From: Longimicrobiales bacterium
GTDB lineage: Bacteria; Gemmatimonadota; Gemmatimonadetes; Longimicrobiales; Gaopeijiaceae
DNA length: 64,000 nt
Reading direction: 5' to 3'
Assembly: GCA_965249725.1 (NCBI GenBank)
Contig: CBDFMQ010000002.1
Coordinates: 2,752,001 to 2,816,000 of the forward strand
Under the pieces are notes generated by a model. The model saw only the letters and a program-made list of their open reading frames with translations, was not told the origin of the DNA and did not search any database. Below, piece by piece: positions 8,492 through 17,893 of the stretch. Position 1 is the stretch's first letter, and every line of letters starts with the position of its first letter. Made by a program: the position numbers and the translations under genes.

Positions 8492-10132
8492 ATGACCCAT
8501 CGAGCGACACCCGACGCGGTGACCCTCGAGGTGTTTCGACATCTCTTTACGGCCCTGACCGAGGAGATGGGTGCGGCCCTTCGGAGGGCTTCGTTTTCAC
8601 CGAACATCAAGGAGCGGCGAGACTACTCCTGCGCGCTCTTCTCACCCGGAGTGATTCCCGTGGCCCTCGGTGATCACATGCCTGTGCACCTGGGTGCCAT
8701 GCCGATGAGCGTGCAGGCCGCCCTCGAGGAGTTGGGCACACTGAATGCGGGAGACGTGGCATGCCTGAACGACCCCTTCCGTGGCGGCACCCACCTCCCC
8801 GACATCACGCTCATCTCACCCGTTCATCTCCCCGGCGAAGAAGCGCCGCTGGGCGGTGAGTCCCTCACCACCGAGGGAGCGCTGCTCGGCTATGTAGCGT
8901 CCCGGGCCCACCACTCCGACGTGGGCGGGACCAGCCCGGGATCCATGCCCCTGGCTCAGGAGATCTACCAAGAGGGGCTACGCATACCGCCCGTACTTCT
9001 CTACCGAGCCGGCGAGCGGCAGAAGGACGTCTGGAACCTCATTCTGGCCAACGTGCGGACGCCGATCGAGCGAGGAGGAGACTTGGAGGCGCAACTGGCC
9101 GCGCTCCACGCCGGAGGACGCCGCCTCCTGGAGATTGCCGCCCGGCGCGGGGCTCCGGCCACGCTGAGAGCCATGGCCGATCTGGTCGAGTATGCCGACC
9201 GGCTCGTCGAGGCCGGACTCGGCCATATCGCAGAGGGTGTGTACCGGGCCGAAGACCTCCTGGACGACGACGGCTTCGGAACCAAGGACATTCTCATCTG
9301 CGTGGCGCTGACCCGCCACGCCCAAGGGCTGGACGTCGACTTCTCCGGTAGCAGCGATCAGGTCGCCGGGGGGGTGAACGCAGTCGCCGCCATCACGGCG
9401 TCGGCAGCCCGTTATGTGGTGCGTTGTATCGTCGAGGCCTTATTGGATGAACCTCTCCCCGCCGGAGGCGGGTCCATGTCCATGGTGAACCTGGTTCTTC
9501 CGGAGGGGTCCATCGTCAACGCTTCCCCTCCCGCCAGCGTCGCAGCCGGCAACGTAGAGACCAGCCAGAGGATCACGGACGTATTGCTGAGAGCCTTCGG
9601 CAAAGCGCTTCCCGACACCGTGCCCGCCCTCTCACAGGGTACCATGAACAACATGACCATGGGCGGCGTCGATCCGCGTACCGGACTCCCCTTCGCCTAC
9701 TATGAGACCGTCGGAGGCGGCATGGGCGGAGGACCTACCGGCCACGGCCTGTCGGGAGTCCATACGCACATGTCGAACTCCCTCAACACGCCCGTCGAGG
9801 CCCTCGAGCACGCCTACCCGTTCCATGTCACTCACTATACCGTGCGACGCGGAAGCGGCGGCGACGGACTCCACCGCGGCGGCGACGGACTTCGCAGGGA
9901 CATTCGAGTCCTCACAGATGCCCAGGTGACCCTCTTGAGTGAGAGGCGCGCGCGTGGACCCGCCGGGGCGATGGGTGGATCAGACGGTGCATCGGGTGAA
10001 AACGTGCTGATCCGAGACGATGCGGAGACCGCGCTGCCGGCCAAGGCCTCGTTCGGGGCCGAGGCTGGAGACATCGTCAGCACCCGATCGCCGGGCGGTG
10101 GTGGATGGGGTGGGCCGGAAACGGACGCCTGA
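8492..10132 (+). CDS. Hydantoinase B / 5-oxoprolinase subunit
   Basis: SPNIKERRDYSCA, PVHLG, NDPFRGGTHLPD, AHHSDVGG, GNVETSQR, SPGGGGWG. Confidence 0.93.
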   Translation: MTHRATPDAVTLEVFRHLFTALTEEMGAALRRASFSPNIKERRDYSCALFSPGVIPVALGDHMPVHLGAMPMSVQAALEELGTLNAGDVACLNDPFRGGTHLPDITLISPVHLPGEEAPLGGESLTTEGALLGYVASRAHHSDVGGTSPGSMPLAQEIYQEGLRIPPVLLYRAGERQKDVWNLILANVRTPIERGGDLEAQLAALHAGGRRLLEIAARRGAPATLRAMADLVEYADRLVEAGLGHIAEGVYRAEDLLDDDGFGTKDILICVALTRHAQGLDVDFSGSSDQVAGGVNAVAAITASAARYVVRCIVEALLDEPLPAGGGSMSMVNLVLPEGSIVNASPPASVAAGNVETSQRITDVLLRAFGKALPDTVPALSQGTMNNMTMGGVDPRTGLPFAYYETVGGGMGGGPTGHGLSGVHTHMSNSLNTPVEALEHAYPFHVTHYTVRRGSGGDGLHRGGDGLRRDIRVLTDAQVTLLSERRARGPAGAMGGSDGASGENVLIRDDAETALPAKASFGAEAGDIVSTRSPGGGGWGGPETDA

Positions 10133-10189
10133 TCGTGCTATTCTCTTGTGACATGGTGCCGTTCACCTGACTCTCTGACCGGAACGTCG

Positions 10190-10603
10190 ATGCAGCTACA
10201 ACTCGCTCTCGTGTGCGACCACGTTGAAGAGACGCCAGAAGGAAAGCTGGATCTCAAGGGCGTGTTCAACGACCTGGCGGCCCCCGGTTTTCCTGCCAAG
10301 CACGACATGTTCCTCGTACTGGCCGTGGAGTGGGGACGATCGGATCAGGGTCGATACGAATTCCAGGTAGATCTCCTGGATCCGTCGAAGAAGACCGCCA
10401 TGACGATACGGGGGCACTCCGATGTCGATCTTCGCGACCCCGAGCGACCTCCTGCACGAACGCGGATCATCATGCCACTACGGGACGTCATCTTCCCTGA
10501 TGCGGGTCAGTACCAGTTCCAGATACAGGTCAAGGGCAGGACCTACCCGGGGCCTTCCCTCTTTCTCGTTGAGGCGGAACCGCTGGGGGATGCACCGGAG
10601 TGA
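10190..10603 (+). CDS. Conserved beta-sandwich protein (DUF6941-like)
   Basis: ALVCD..GKLDLKGVF at the N-terminus and FPDAGQY.FQI at the C-terminus. Start trimmed to ATG 10190. Confidence 0.6.
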   Translation: MQLQLALVCDHVEETPEGKLDLKGVFNDLAAPGFPAKHDMFLVLAVEWGRSDQGRYEFQVDLLDPSKKTAMTIRGHSDVDLRDPERPPARTRIIMPLRDVIFPDAGQYQFQIQVKGRTYPGPSLFLVEAEPLGDAPE

Positions 10604-11673
10604 GCCGGACGGGAGTAAGTGCAGCCGTTCACGTAGCTCATGCCGATCGCGTGTGCATCGTACTACTCTCCGGAATCGGGGACGTGGTCCACGGACTCCC
10701 GATAGCCATGGCCCTCAAGCGCGACCGACCCTCGCGTCAGGTCGTGTGGATCGCCGAGCCCGCCCCGGCCCAAGTGCTCGAACACCATCCTGCGGTGGAC
10801 GACATCGTCGTCCTTCAGCCGGGCATCGGTCTCAAGTCGGTCAGGAACCTGTGGACCACGTTCCGGGGAAGGCCGTGCGAGGTCACCCTCAACATGCAGC
10901 GATACGCCAAGACGCTGCTCCCTACGTACCTGTCGGGAGCACCCGTCCGTGTCGGTCTGGCCCCGTCACGGACGCGCGACGGCGTGCGGTTCATCAACAC
11001 GGCGCATACGCCGGAGGGACCTTGGCGGCACACCCAGGACCTCTTTCTGGAGTTCCTCGATTCGCTCGGGATCGATCGACCCGATCCGATGGAGTGGGGT
11101 CTGGCTTTTTCCAAGGAAGAGGAGCGGGAGGCGGCCAGCTTTTTCGCCCATGTCGGGGACCGACCCGTGGTCGGGTTGGTACTGGCCACGGCAAACGCCA
11201 AGAAGGACTGGCTCCCCGATCGGTACACACACCTTGCCGACATGCTGGAGCAGGACCTCGGCTATACCGTCCTGCTGCTCGGCGGCCCGGGAGACGCCGA
11301 CCAGCGCGCGGCGCATTTCGTGGCGGATCACGGATCGGGCACACCGGTCTGGGGGCTCTCCGACTCGGTCCGACGCCTGATCTGGAGCATCCGGGGTTGC
11401 GATCTGGTGATCAGCCCGGACACGGGGGCGCTTCACATCGCCCACGCGCTCGATGTACCGGTCGTGGGCCTCTTTGGGCACACCAACCCCTGGCGGGTGG
11501 GGCCGTACGAACGGTTCCACGATCTGGTGGTGGATCAGTATTCCGATCCCGACGAAGAGCCCGACCCCTCCCGCTACGAGCCTCGTCACGGCCGCATGGA
11601 ACGCATCACGGTGGCGGATGTTCTCGAGCGCGTCCGGGTAGCAGAGAGCGCATACGGAATGGGTGCCGCTTGA
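10600..11673 (+). CDS. Glycosyltransferase family 9 (LPS heptosyltransferase)
   Basis: LSGIGDVVH, K.W, SPDTGALHIAHALDVPVVGLFGHT. GTGA overlap with the upstream gene. Confidence 0.92.
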   Translation: MSRTGVSAAVHVAHADRVCIVLLSGIGDVVHGLPIAMALKRDRPSRQVVWIAEPAPAQVLEHHPAVDDIVVLQPGIGLKSVRNLWTTFRGRPCEVTLNMQRYAKTLLPTYLSGAPVRVGLAPSRTRDGVRFINTAHTPEGPWRHTQDLFLEFLDSLGIDRPDPMEWGLAFSKEEEREAASFFAHVGDRPVVGLVLATANAKKDWLPDRYTHLADMLEQDLGYTVLLLGGPGDADQRAAHFVADHGSGTPVWGLSDSVRRLIWSIRGCDLVISPDTGALHIAHALDVPVVGLFGHTNPWRVGPYERFHDLVVDQYSDPDEEPDPSRYEPRHGRMERITVADVLERVRVAESAYGMGAA

Positions 11674-12467
11674 GCGGGGCGCGATCCCCCGAGCCCTGGT
11701 CCGTGCCGGGATTCGAGTCGGTCCAGGTGGGGGGAGCGCTGGTCGTCGCTCGTCCGGAGACCCTGGAGTGGAGCCGTGAGGCTTTGGGTCGATACGGGTC
11801 ACTCCACTCGGCGGCGATGGACAACGCGACCCTCCTACTCCAGGGTCGAGGGTCCATTCCGGTAATGCTCGATCCGTCGTGCGATGGGCCCGCCTGGGCT
11901 GTTCGCCACTACAGAAGAGGCGGTGGCATGCAGTTCCTGGACGACCGCTTCCTTCGCCTGGGCACCCCGCGCAGCCTCCGAGAGCTGGAGAGCAGCGTTC
12001 GAGCTAGGGACCTCGGGATCGCGACTCCACGAGTCATGGCCGCGGCAGTCTACCCATCCGGGCCCTTTTATCGAGCCGACCTGGTTACCGAGTTCGTGTA
12101 CGACGCTCGGGAACTGGCCGACGTGCTGCTGGGCACCGCCGACTCTTCGGTCCCTCCTGCGGACGCAGAGACGCGAACCCGGGCATTGATCTGCACCAAC
12201 GCGCTCATCCGTCTCATGGTGGAGCACGGAGTCCGCCACCCGGACCTCAACGCCCGCAACATCCTCCTGACGCAACGTCCGGATGGGATGGAGGCCGTTC
12301 TGCTGGATCTGGATCGATGCAGGGTCGGAGGCACTCCGGCTCCCGACGACGAGGAACGGCTTCGTCAGCGCCTCGCACGCTCGATCCGCCAGCTCGAGCG
12401 CTCCCGACCAGGGAGCGTGAGCGCCGAGGGGATGGAGGCGATCGTGGAAGGACCCGGCAGATCATGA
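11670..12467 (+). CDS. kdkA: Kdo kinase (lipopolysaccharide kinase family)
   Basis: C-terminal part of ORF 10422..12467: AVRHYRRGG, YRADLVTE, HPDLNARNILL, LLDLDRC, RLARS. TTG start at 11670 overlaps the upstream stop. Confidence 0.85.
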   Translation: MSGARSPEPWSVPGFESVQVGGALVVARPETLEWSREALGRYGSLHSAAMDNATLLLQGRGSIPVMLDPSCDGPAWAVRHYRRGGGMQFLDDRFLRLGTPRSLRELESSVRARDLGIATPRVMAAAVYPSGPFYRADLVTEFVYDARELADVLLGTADSSVPPADAETRTRALICTNALIRLMVEHGVRHPDLNARNILLTQRPDGMEAVLLDLDRCRVGGTPAPDDEERLRQRLARSIRQLERSRPGSVSAEGMEAIVEGPGRS

Positions 12468-13522
12468 CCGAGCCGCGAGCCGCGGCCTTCCAGGCCGTAC
12501 CGCCCGAAACGGTATGCATCGTGATGCTGAGTGCCATCGGCGACGCCGTCCACGTCCTTCCGGTCGCCAACGCACTGAAGCGTGTGTGGCCCGACACTCG
12601 GATTTCGTGGATCGTTCAACCCATCCCGCAGATCGTGGCGGAGGGCCATCCCTCGATCGACGAGTTCATCCCCTACCACCGACAGAGAGGCGTCAGCTCG
12701 TGGGCGGGCTTTGCCGAGCTGGGCCACCACCTCAAGGGACGTCAGTTCGACGTCGCGCTGGGTCTACAAGTGTACTTCAAGGCGGGCTTGATCACGGGCA
12801 TGCTGCCGGCCCGACGAAAGATCGGGTTCGACTATGCCCGGGCCCGAGATGCCAATTGGCTTTTCACCAACGAACGCATCCCGGCCCACACGCCCCAGCA
12901 CGTGCAGGAGCAGTACTTCGAGTTCGTACGTCACCTGGGCGTCGATCCCGGGCCGGCGGAGTGGGACATTCGTTTCTCCGACGAGGAACGCGAAGCCCAG
13001 GCCAGCTTCTTCGAAGAACTCGACAAGCCCGCGTGTGCGGTCGTGGTCGGAACCAGCAAGTCCGCCAAGAACTGGAACGCCGAAGGGTACGCCCGAGTGA
13101 TGGAGGAACTGGAGTTCACGCACGGAATCCAGCCCGTTCTCGTAGGCGGACCATCGCCTGTGGAGCGGGAGATGGCGGACCGCATTCTGGGCCTGACCAA
13201 GGCTCACCCCGTGGACACCCTGGGGAATGACCTCCGCAGAGCGATGTACCTCCTGGACGGAAGTGTCCTCACGGTCAGCCCGGACACGGGGCCCCTCCAC
13301 ATCAGCCGGGCACTGGAGACTCCCGTCGTGGGTTTGTACGGATACACGAACCCCAAGAGAACCGGACCGTATCGCAAGTACTACGACCTGGTCGTGGACG
13401 GGTACGCCGAGTTCGCGGGTGAGGAGTATCCGATCTCCATGGAATACCGAGGCGGAATGAAGCGCATCACGACGGAGATGGTCCTCGAGAAGGTGGACCT
13501 CGCGGTGCAGCGGTACTTGTGA
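12464..13522 (+). CDS. Glycosyltransferase family 9 (LPS heptosyltransferase)
   Basis: LSAIGDAVH, KNW, SPDTGPLHISRAL, GYTNP.RTGPY. ATGA overlap. Paralogue of 10600..11673. Confidence 0.92.
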   Translation: MTEPRAAAFQAVPPETVCIVMLSAIGDAVHVLPVANALKRVWPDTRISWIVQPIPQIVAEGHPSIDEFIPYHRQRGVSSWAGFAELGHHLKGRQFDVALGLQVYFKAGLITGMLPARRKIGFDYARARDANWLFTNERIPAHTPQHVQEQYFEFVRHLGVDPGPAEWDIRFSDEEREAQASFFEELDKPACAVVVGTSKSAKNWNAEGYARVMEELEFTHGIQPVLVGGPSPVEREMADRILGLTKAHPVDTLGNDLRRAMYLLDGSVLTVSPDTGPLHISRALETPVVGLYGYTNPKRTGPYRKYYDLVVDGYAEFAGEEYPISMEYRGGMKRITTEMVLEKVDLAVQRYL

Positions 13523-13944
13523 ACCGAGCACCCAGGTCGCGTCTGCCGAGTGCTCTGTCGGCGGTGCTCACGCTCGCGGCATGCCAGGCGGGCAGCGACG
13601 CAGACACGCCCATGGCCGCAGGCGATCTACAAGCGCTGTTGCACGAAGTCGCAGCCACGGCCCCGGCCGAAGTAGCCGGGGGCAAGGCGTTGTTCGAGCA
13701 GTACTGTAGTGTCTGCCACGGTCCCGTGGCCGACGGAACGGAGCAGGGGCCCCCACTCGCCGACAGGATCTACGAACCGAGTCACCATGCCGACGCCGCC
13801 TTCATTCTGGCCGTCAGGATCGGCGTCCGATCCCACCACTGGCGATTCGGAGACATGGAGCCGCTCCCCGACGTCACGGACGACATGACGCGAGCGATCA
13901 CGTCCTACGTCCGCTGGCTGCAGCGCCAAGTGGGAATCGAGTAG
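13519..13944 (+). CDS. Monoheme cytochrome c lipoprotein
   Basis: Lipobox LAAC, heme motif CSVCH, GPPL, distal Met in HHWRFGDM. Confidence 0.88.
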   Translation: MNRAPRSRLPSALSAVLTLAACQAGSDADTPMAAGDLQALLHEVAATAPAEVAGGKALFEQYCSVCHGPVADGTEQGPPLADRIYEPSHHADAAFILAVRIGVRSHHWRFGDMEPLPDVTDDMTRAITSYVRWLQRQVGIE

Positions 13945-14055
13945 GGGCTTGCCGAATCCACAACGACCCGATTTCGTAGGAACCATGAAGGGGCCGTAGG
14001 GTTTAGGGTCACCCCGCTCGCAATCCGCCCCCACCCGACTGTAGGACGACCACAG

Positions 14056-15971
14056 ATGCGACGACTCGCGGCCATCATGTTTACCGACATGGTGGGCTTC
14101 ACCGCCCTGATGCAGGAGAACGAGCATCGGGCGAAGAGCATCCGCGACCGACACCGGGACGCCCTGCGCAAATCGATCGAACAGCACGGCGGCGAGATCG
14201 TACAGTTCTACGGCGACGGAACGCTGAGCGTCTTCGACAGCGCCATCGAAGGCGTCAATGCAGCCATAGCGGCCCAACGCAAGCTACGTGAAGGCGATCC
14301 GATTCCCGTTCGGGTGGGCATGCACATCGGGGACATCAATCACGATGAGGACGGAGTGTTCGGCGACGGCGTCAACGTGGCCTCGCGCATCCAAGACCTG
14401 TCGGTCCCCGGAGCCGTGCTCATATCGGGCAAGGTGTTCGACGAGATCAGGAATCATCCGGAACTGTCCGCCGAGGCGTTGGGCCAGTTCGAGCTGAAGA
14501 ACGTCCGGCAGCCCGTTCAGGTGTTCGCGATCTCCCACCCCGACTTGGTGGTGCCCGATCCGAAGCAGATGAAGGCTCCCGTCGAGCAGAAGAAAAGCAT
14601 CGCGGTGCTCCCCTTCGTCAACATGAGCACCGATCCCGAGAACGAGTTCTTCAGCGACGGCATCTCCGAGGAGCTCATCAACGCTCTGACACGGGTCGAC
14701 GGACTGCAGGTCACTGCCCGCACGTCGTCGTTCGCCTTCAAGGGCAAGAACAAGGACGTGCGGAAGATCGGAAGGGATCTGGGCGTCGGCGCCGTCCTGG
14801 AGGGAAGCGTCCGGAAGGCCGGCAACCGGGTCCGTATCACCGCGCAGCTGATAGACACCCGAGACGGATATCACCCTTCTCCAAGGTCTACGACCGAGTC
14901 CTGGACGACATCTTCAAGACCCAGGACGAGATCTCGCTCGAGATCGTGAACGAGCTCCGTGCGACCCTGCCCGAGAATGGCGACAAGCCCTCGTTGGTCG
15001 TCGCCCCGACGGAAAACGCCGAGGCGTACGATGCATACCTGAAGGGCCTGTACTGTTGGAATCAGTGGACGCCCGATGCCGTACGGCAGGGTGTCGACCA
15101 CTTTCAACGTGCCATCGATCTGGACCCCGACTTTGCGCACGCCTGGGCTGCCATGGCGCGCAGCCACTCGTTCTTGGCGGCGATGGGACGACTCACTCAT
15201 TGCGGGGAGGCGTACGGATGTGCCTGCAACGCCGCCGAGAAGGCCATCGAGCTCAATCCCGACATCGAGGACTCGCACGTGGCCTTGGCCCTCGTGAGGC
15301 TCTTCCACGACTGGGACCTCCCAGGCGCAGAAGCCTCATTCCTCCGGGCCCTGACGATCAATCCGGATTCGGTGGACGTGCTGCACAGCTATTCGCTGTA
15401 CCTCAGTGCGGCGGGTCGGTTCGAGGACTGCATCGTCGCGCTGGAAAAGGCGGCCCAGATCGACCCCCTCAACCTTCCCGTGCTCGACTACCTCGGTCGG
15501 GCGTACATGTCGACCGAACGCTTCGACGAGGCCGTCGCTCAATTCGACCGGGTCCGAGCATTGGACCCCGAGTTCCGGGCTGCCCTGGAAGGGAAGGGAT
15601 GGACGTACGTGTTGATGGACCGCTTGGAAGACGCCATATCCACCTTCGAGGAAGTGCGCCAGCTGACACCCCATCCGAAGGGCGGCATCACGCCCTTGGC
15701 CATCGCCCTGGCCCTCGCGGGTCGCACCTCGGAGGCGGAAGACCTCTTGGCCATCATCGAGGAGCGTGAGCAGGAGGAGGACGACGTATCGCTCCACCTG
15801 GACTTCGCGTCCGTATACGCCGCTCTGGGAAGAACCGAGGACGCATTGGCCCGGTTGCACGCCGCCGTCGAAACGCGGATCGGCGCCCTCGTGTTCCTGA
15901 GACACCACAAGAGTTGGAGGCTCGCCAAGCTAGAGGGGATGTCCGAATTCCTGACGGAGATCGGGCTTTAG
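14056..15971 (+). pseudogene. Class III nucleotide cyclase-TolB-like-TPR protein, split by a 1-nt deletion at ~14875
   Basis: FTDMVGFT, GDG, GDGVNVASR, SIAVLPF.NMS, then TPRs. CAC CC TTC TCC AAG GTC TAC GAC restores HLFSKVYDRVLDDIFKTQDEI if one base is added. May be a sequencing error. Confidence 0.85.
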
Positions 15972-15972
15972 G

Positions 15973-16464
15973 TCACACCCCCGGTCCCTGCACCAGCACT
16001 CCGTCCTTGAAGACGAAGACGCCCTCGAGCCACATACCGCCCCCAAGTGGCGCATTGTCCGAGGATGCGAGAACGACCTGGTAGCTCTCGTCGATCATCA
16101 GCGTCATCTGCACCCAGAATTCCTGATTGGGACCCTGGTCGTCGGGCGAGTCGTAGGAGTCCGCCTGACCGTCCTTGAGCCGGTCCAGCATGTCCCCCTG
16201 GTAGTCCACCTGACTCCGCAACGGTTCGAAGGTCGTCAGGTCGAACTTCGGATTGGACGTGGCGTTCGGGTAGCCGTAGTTCAGGGCGTAGAATTCCTGA
16301 AGACCCTTGTAGAGGATGTTCGCGTCCCCGGCCACTGAGGCCACATGGGCCTTCACGCGAACCGCCTGCACTCGGGGCACAATAAGTGACGCGAGCAACG
16401 CCACGATCACCGTCGTCATCATGAGCTCCAGAAGAGTGAAGCCCCTCCGATGATCTGGTTTCAC
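15973..16464 (-). CDS. Type IV pilin-like protein (prepilin cleavage/methylation motif)
   Basis: GTG 16464 with a GAGG RBS. MKPDHRRG|FTLLELM is followed by a hydrophobic helix. Confidence 0.85.
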   Translation of the reverse strand: MKPDHRRGFTLLELMMTTVIVALLASLIVPRVQAVRVKAHVASVAGDANILYKGLQEFYALNYGYPNATSNPKFDLTTFEPLRSQVDYQGDMLDRLKDGQADSYDSPDDQGPNQEFWVQMTLMIDESYQVVLASSDNAPLGGGMWLEGVFVFKDGVLVQGPGV

Positions 16465-16688
16465 GATGATCAGCCTCGCCTCTTCGCAGCACTGCACACG
16501 TCGAACCGCCACCCCGCCACAGAAAGGCCAATGGGGCTGGCGGGGCCCGTCCCTTAAAAATCCCAAAGCCCGGCAGCTGGGGCAAGCGCTACGTCCTGCC
16601 GCCCGGTTGCTGGTTGCGACACTCGGCCGGCAGTACTCTTCTTCGACGGGGGCCCTGCTCCTCGGATGGATCGACCCCCAGGCCGACC

Positions 16689-17870
16689 ATGAACCACGCG
16701 AGGAATCCATTGTCCTCAGGTGATCACGACAAGGCCGCCGGCTTCGACATTCAGGACGACTTCGAGCGCTTCAACCAGAAGAACGACGTGTTCCGGCGCT
16801 CTTGGTGGGATGAACGCATCCAGAGTGAGAAGGCCCGGCTCTTCTATGCCACGTACCGGGAGCCGCTGAAGACCTTCAGAAAAGCAGACGGCTTCACGCA
16901 GAAGGACTACGCCTTACGCAACGCCTCCTGGCACGTGAGTGACCTCTTCACCGAACTCAAGGAAGACGAAGATCGCCGCGAGGGCTTCAACGACGAGTTC
17001 ACACTGTACCGGGGCGTCGCGCCCGAGAAGATCGACCTCGGCACACCGGAGGCGGCGGCGGCGGAGATCAAGCATGTCGCGACCACCTTCGGCGCGGACT
17101 TGGTGGGCATCACGCGGTTCGACGAACGCTGGATGTACGTCAACAAGTTCAGCGACATGAGCCAACGCGAGAAGCCTCAAGAGATCCCCGAGGGCATGAC
17201 CAGCGTCATCGTGACGGCCCAGTCCATGGACCACGATCTGATCCGCACCGTCCCCTCGGCCCTGAGCGGTGCCGCCACAGGACACGGGTATTCCCGGGAC
17301 GCCATGGTCGTCATCTCGTTGGCCCAGTACATCCAGAACCTCGGCTACCGGGCGGTCGCCAGCATGAACGACACGTCCCTGGCCATTCCGACGGCGATCC
17401 AGGCGGGACTCGGCGAGTACGGCCGCTTGGGCCTCCTGATCACGAAGGAGTTCGGGCCCCGCGTACGGCTGGGCAAGGTCTTCACCGACATGCCGCTGTC
17501 CCACGACCAACCCATCCGATTCGGGGTCAAGGAGTTCTGTGAGGTGTGCCGGCGCTGCTCGGACTCATGTCCCGTGAAGGCGATTTCGGGCGTAGATCCC
17601 AACGCGGACCGATACAACGAGTCGAACATCCAAGGGGTGAGCAAGTGGTCTGTGGACGGCGAGAAATGCTTCGGCTATTGGACCGCACAGAACACCGACT
17701 GCTCGATCTGCGTGCGGGTATGTCCGTACAACAAGGACTACTCCAAGTGGCAGTACCGGGTCGGGCGCTGGCTGGCCGGCACCTGGCTCAGGCGCGTGAT
17801 GCCCTGGCTCGACGTGAAGTTGGGGTACGGAAAGCGTATGGCCCCGCGGGAGTGGTGGGCACGTAGCTGA
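16689..17870 (+). CDS. Reductive dehalogenase-family cobalamin/2x[4Fe-4S] protein, no Tat signal
   Basis: ERFNQKNDVF, FGADLVGI, AIQAGLGEYGRLGLLITKEFGPRVRL.KVFTD.PL, CEVCRRCSDSCP, CFGYW...CSICVRVCPYNK. Confidence 0.88.
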   Translation: MNHARNPLSSGDHDKAAGFDIQDDFERFNQKNDVFRRSWWDERIQSEKARLFYATYREPLKTFRKADGFTQKDYALRNASWHVSDLFTELKEDEDRREGFNDEFTLYRGVAPEKIDLGTPEAAAAEIKHVATTFGADLVGITRFDERWMYVNKFSDMSQREKPQEIPEGMTSVIVTAQSMDHDLIRTVPSALSGAATGHGYSRDAMVVISLAQYIQNLGYRAVASMNDTSLAIPTAIQAGLGEYGRLGLLITKEFGPRVRLGKVFTDMPLSHDQPIRFGVKEFCEVCRRCSDSCPVKAISGVDPNADRYNESNIQGVSKWSVDGEKCFGYWTAQNTDCSICVRVCPYNKDYSKWQYRVGRWLAGTWLRRVMPWLDVKLGYGKRMAPREWWARS

Positions 17871-17893
17871 GGGTGTGACAGGCGCCGGAAGCC

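Noticed and set aside
10422..11669. N-terminal 416 aa of the 681-aa ORF, as a possible kinase fusion
   Set aside because: Arg/Pro/Gly-rich off-frame read-through overlapping two real genes. Only the part from about 11670 is KdkA.
14870..14885. Programmed ribosomal frameshifts at the three split genes
   Set aside because: No canonical X XXY YYZ slippery heptamer is evident. Each is simply explained by one missing or extra base.
16465..16688. Cobalamin riboswitch, rdhB or sigma54 promoter upstream of rdhA/pilin
   Set aside because: No B12-box or GGGAA core, no small hydrophobic ORF, and only a poor GG-N10-GC match.
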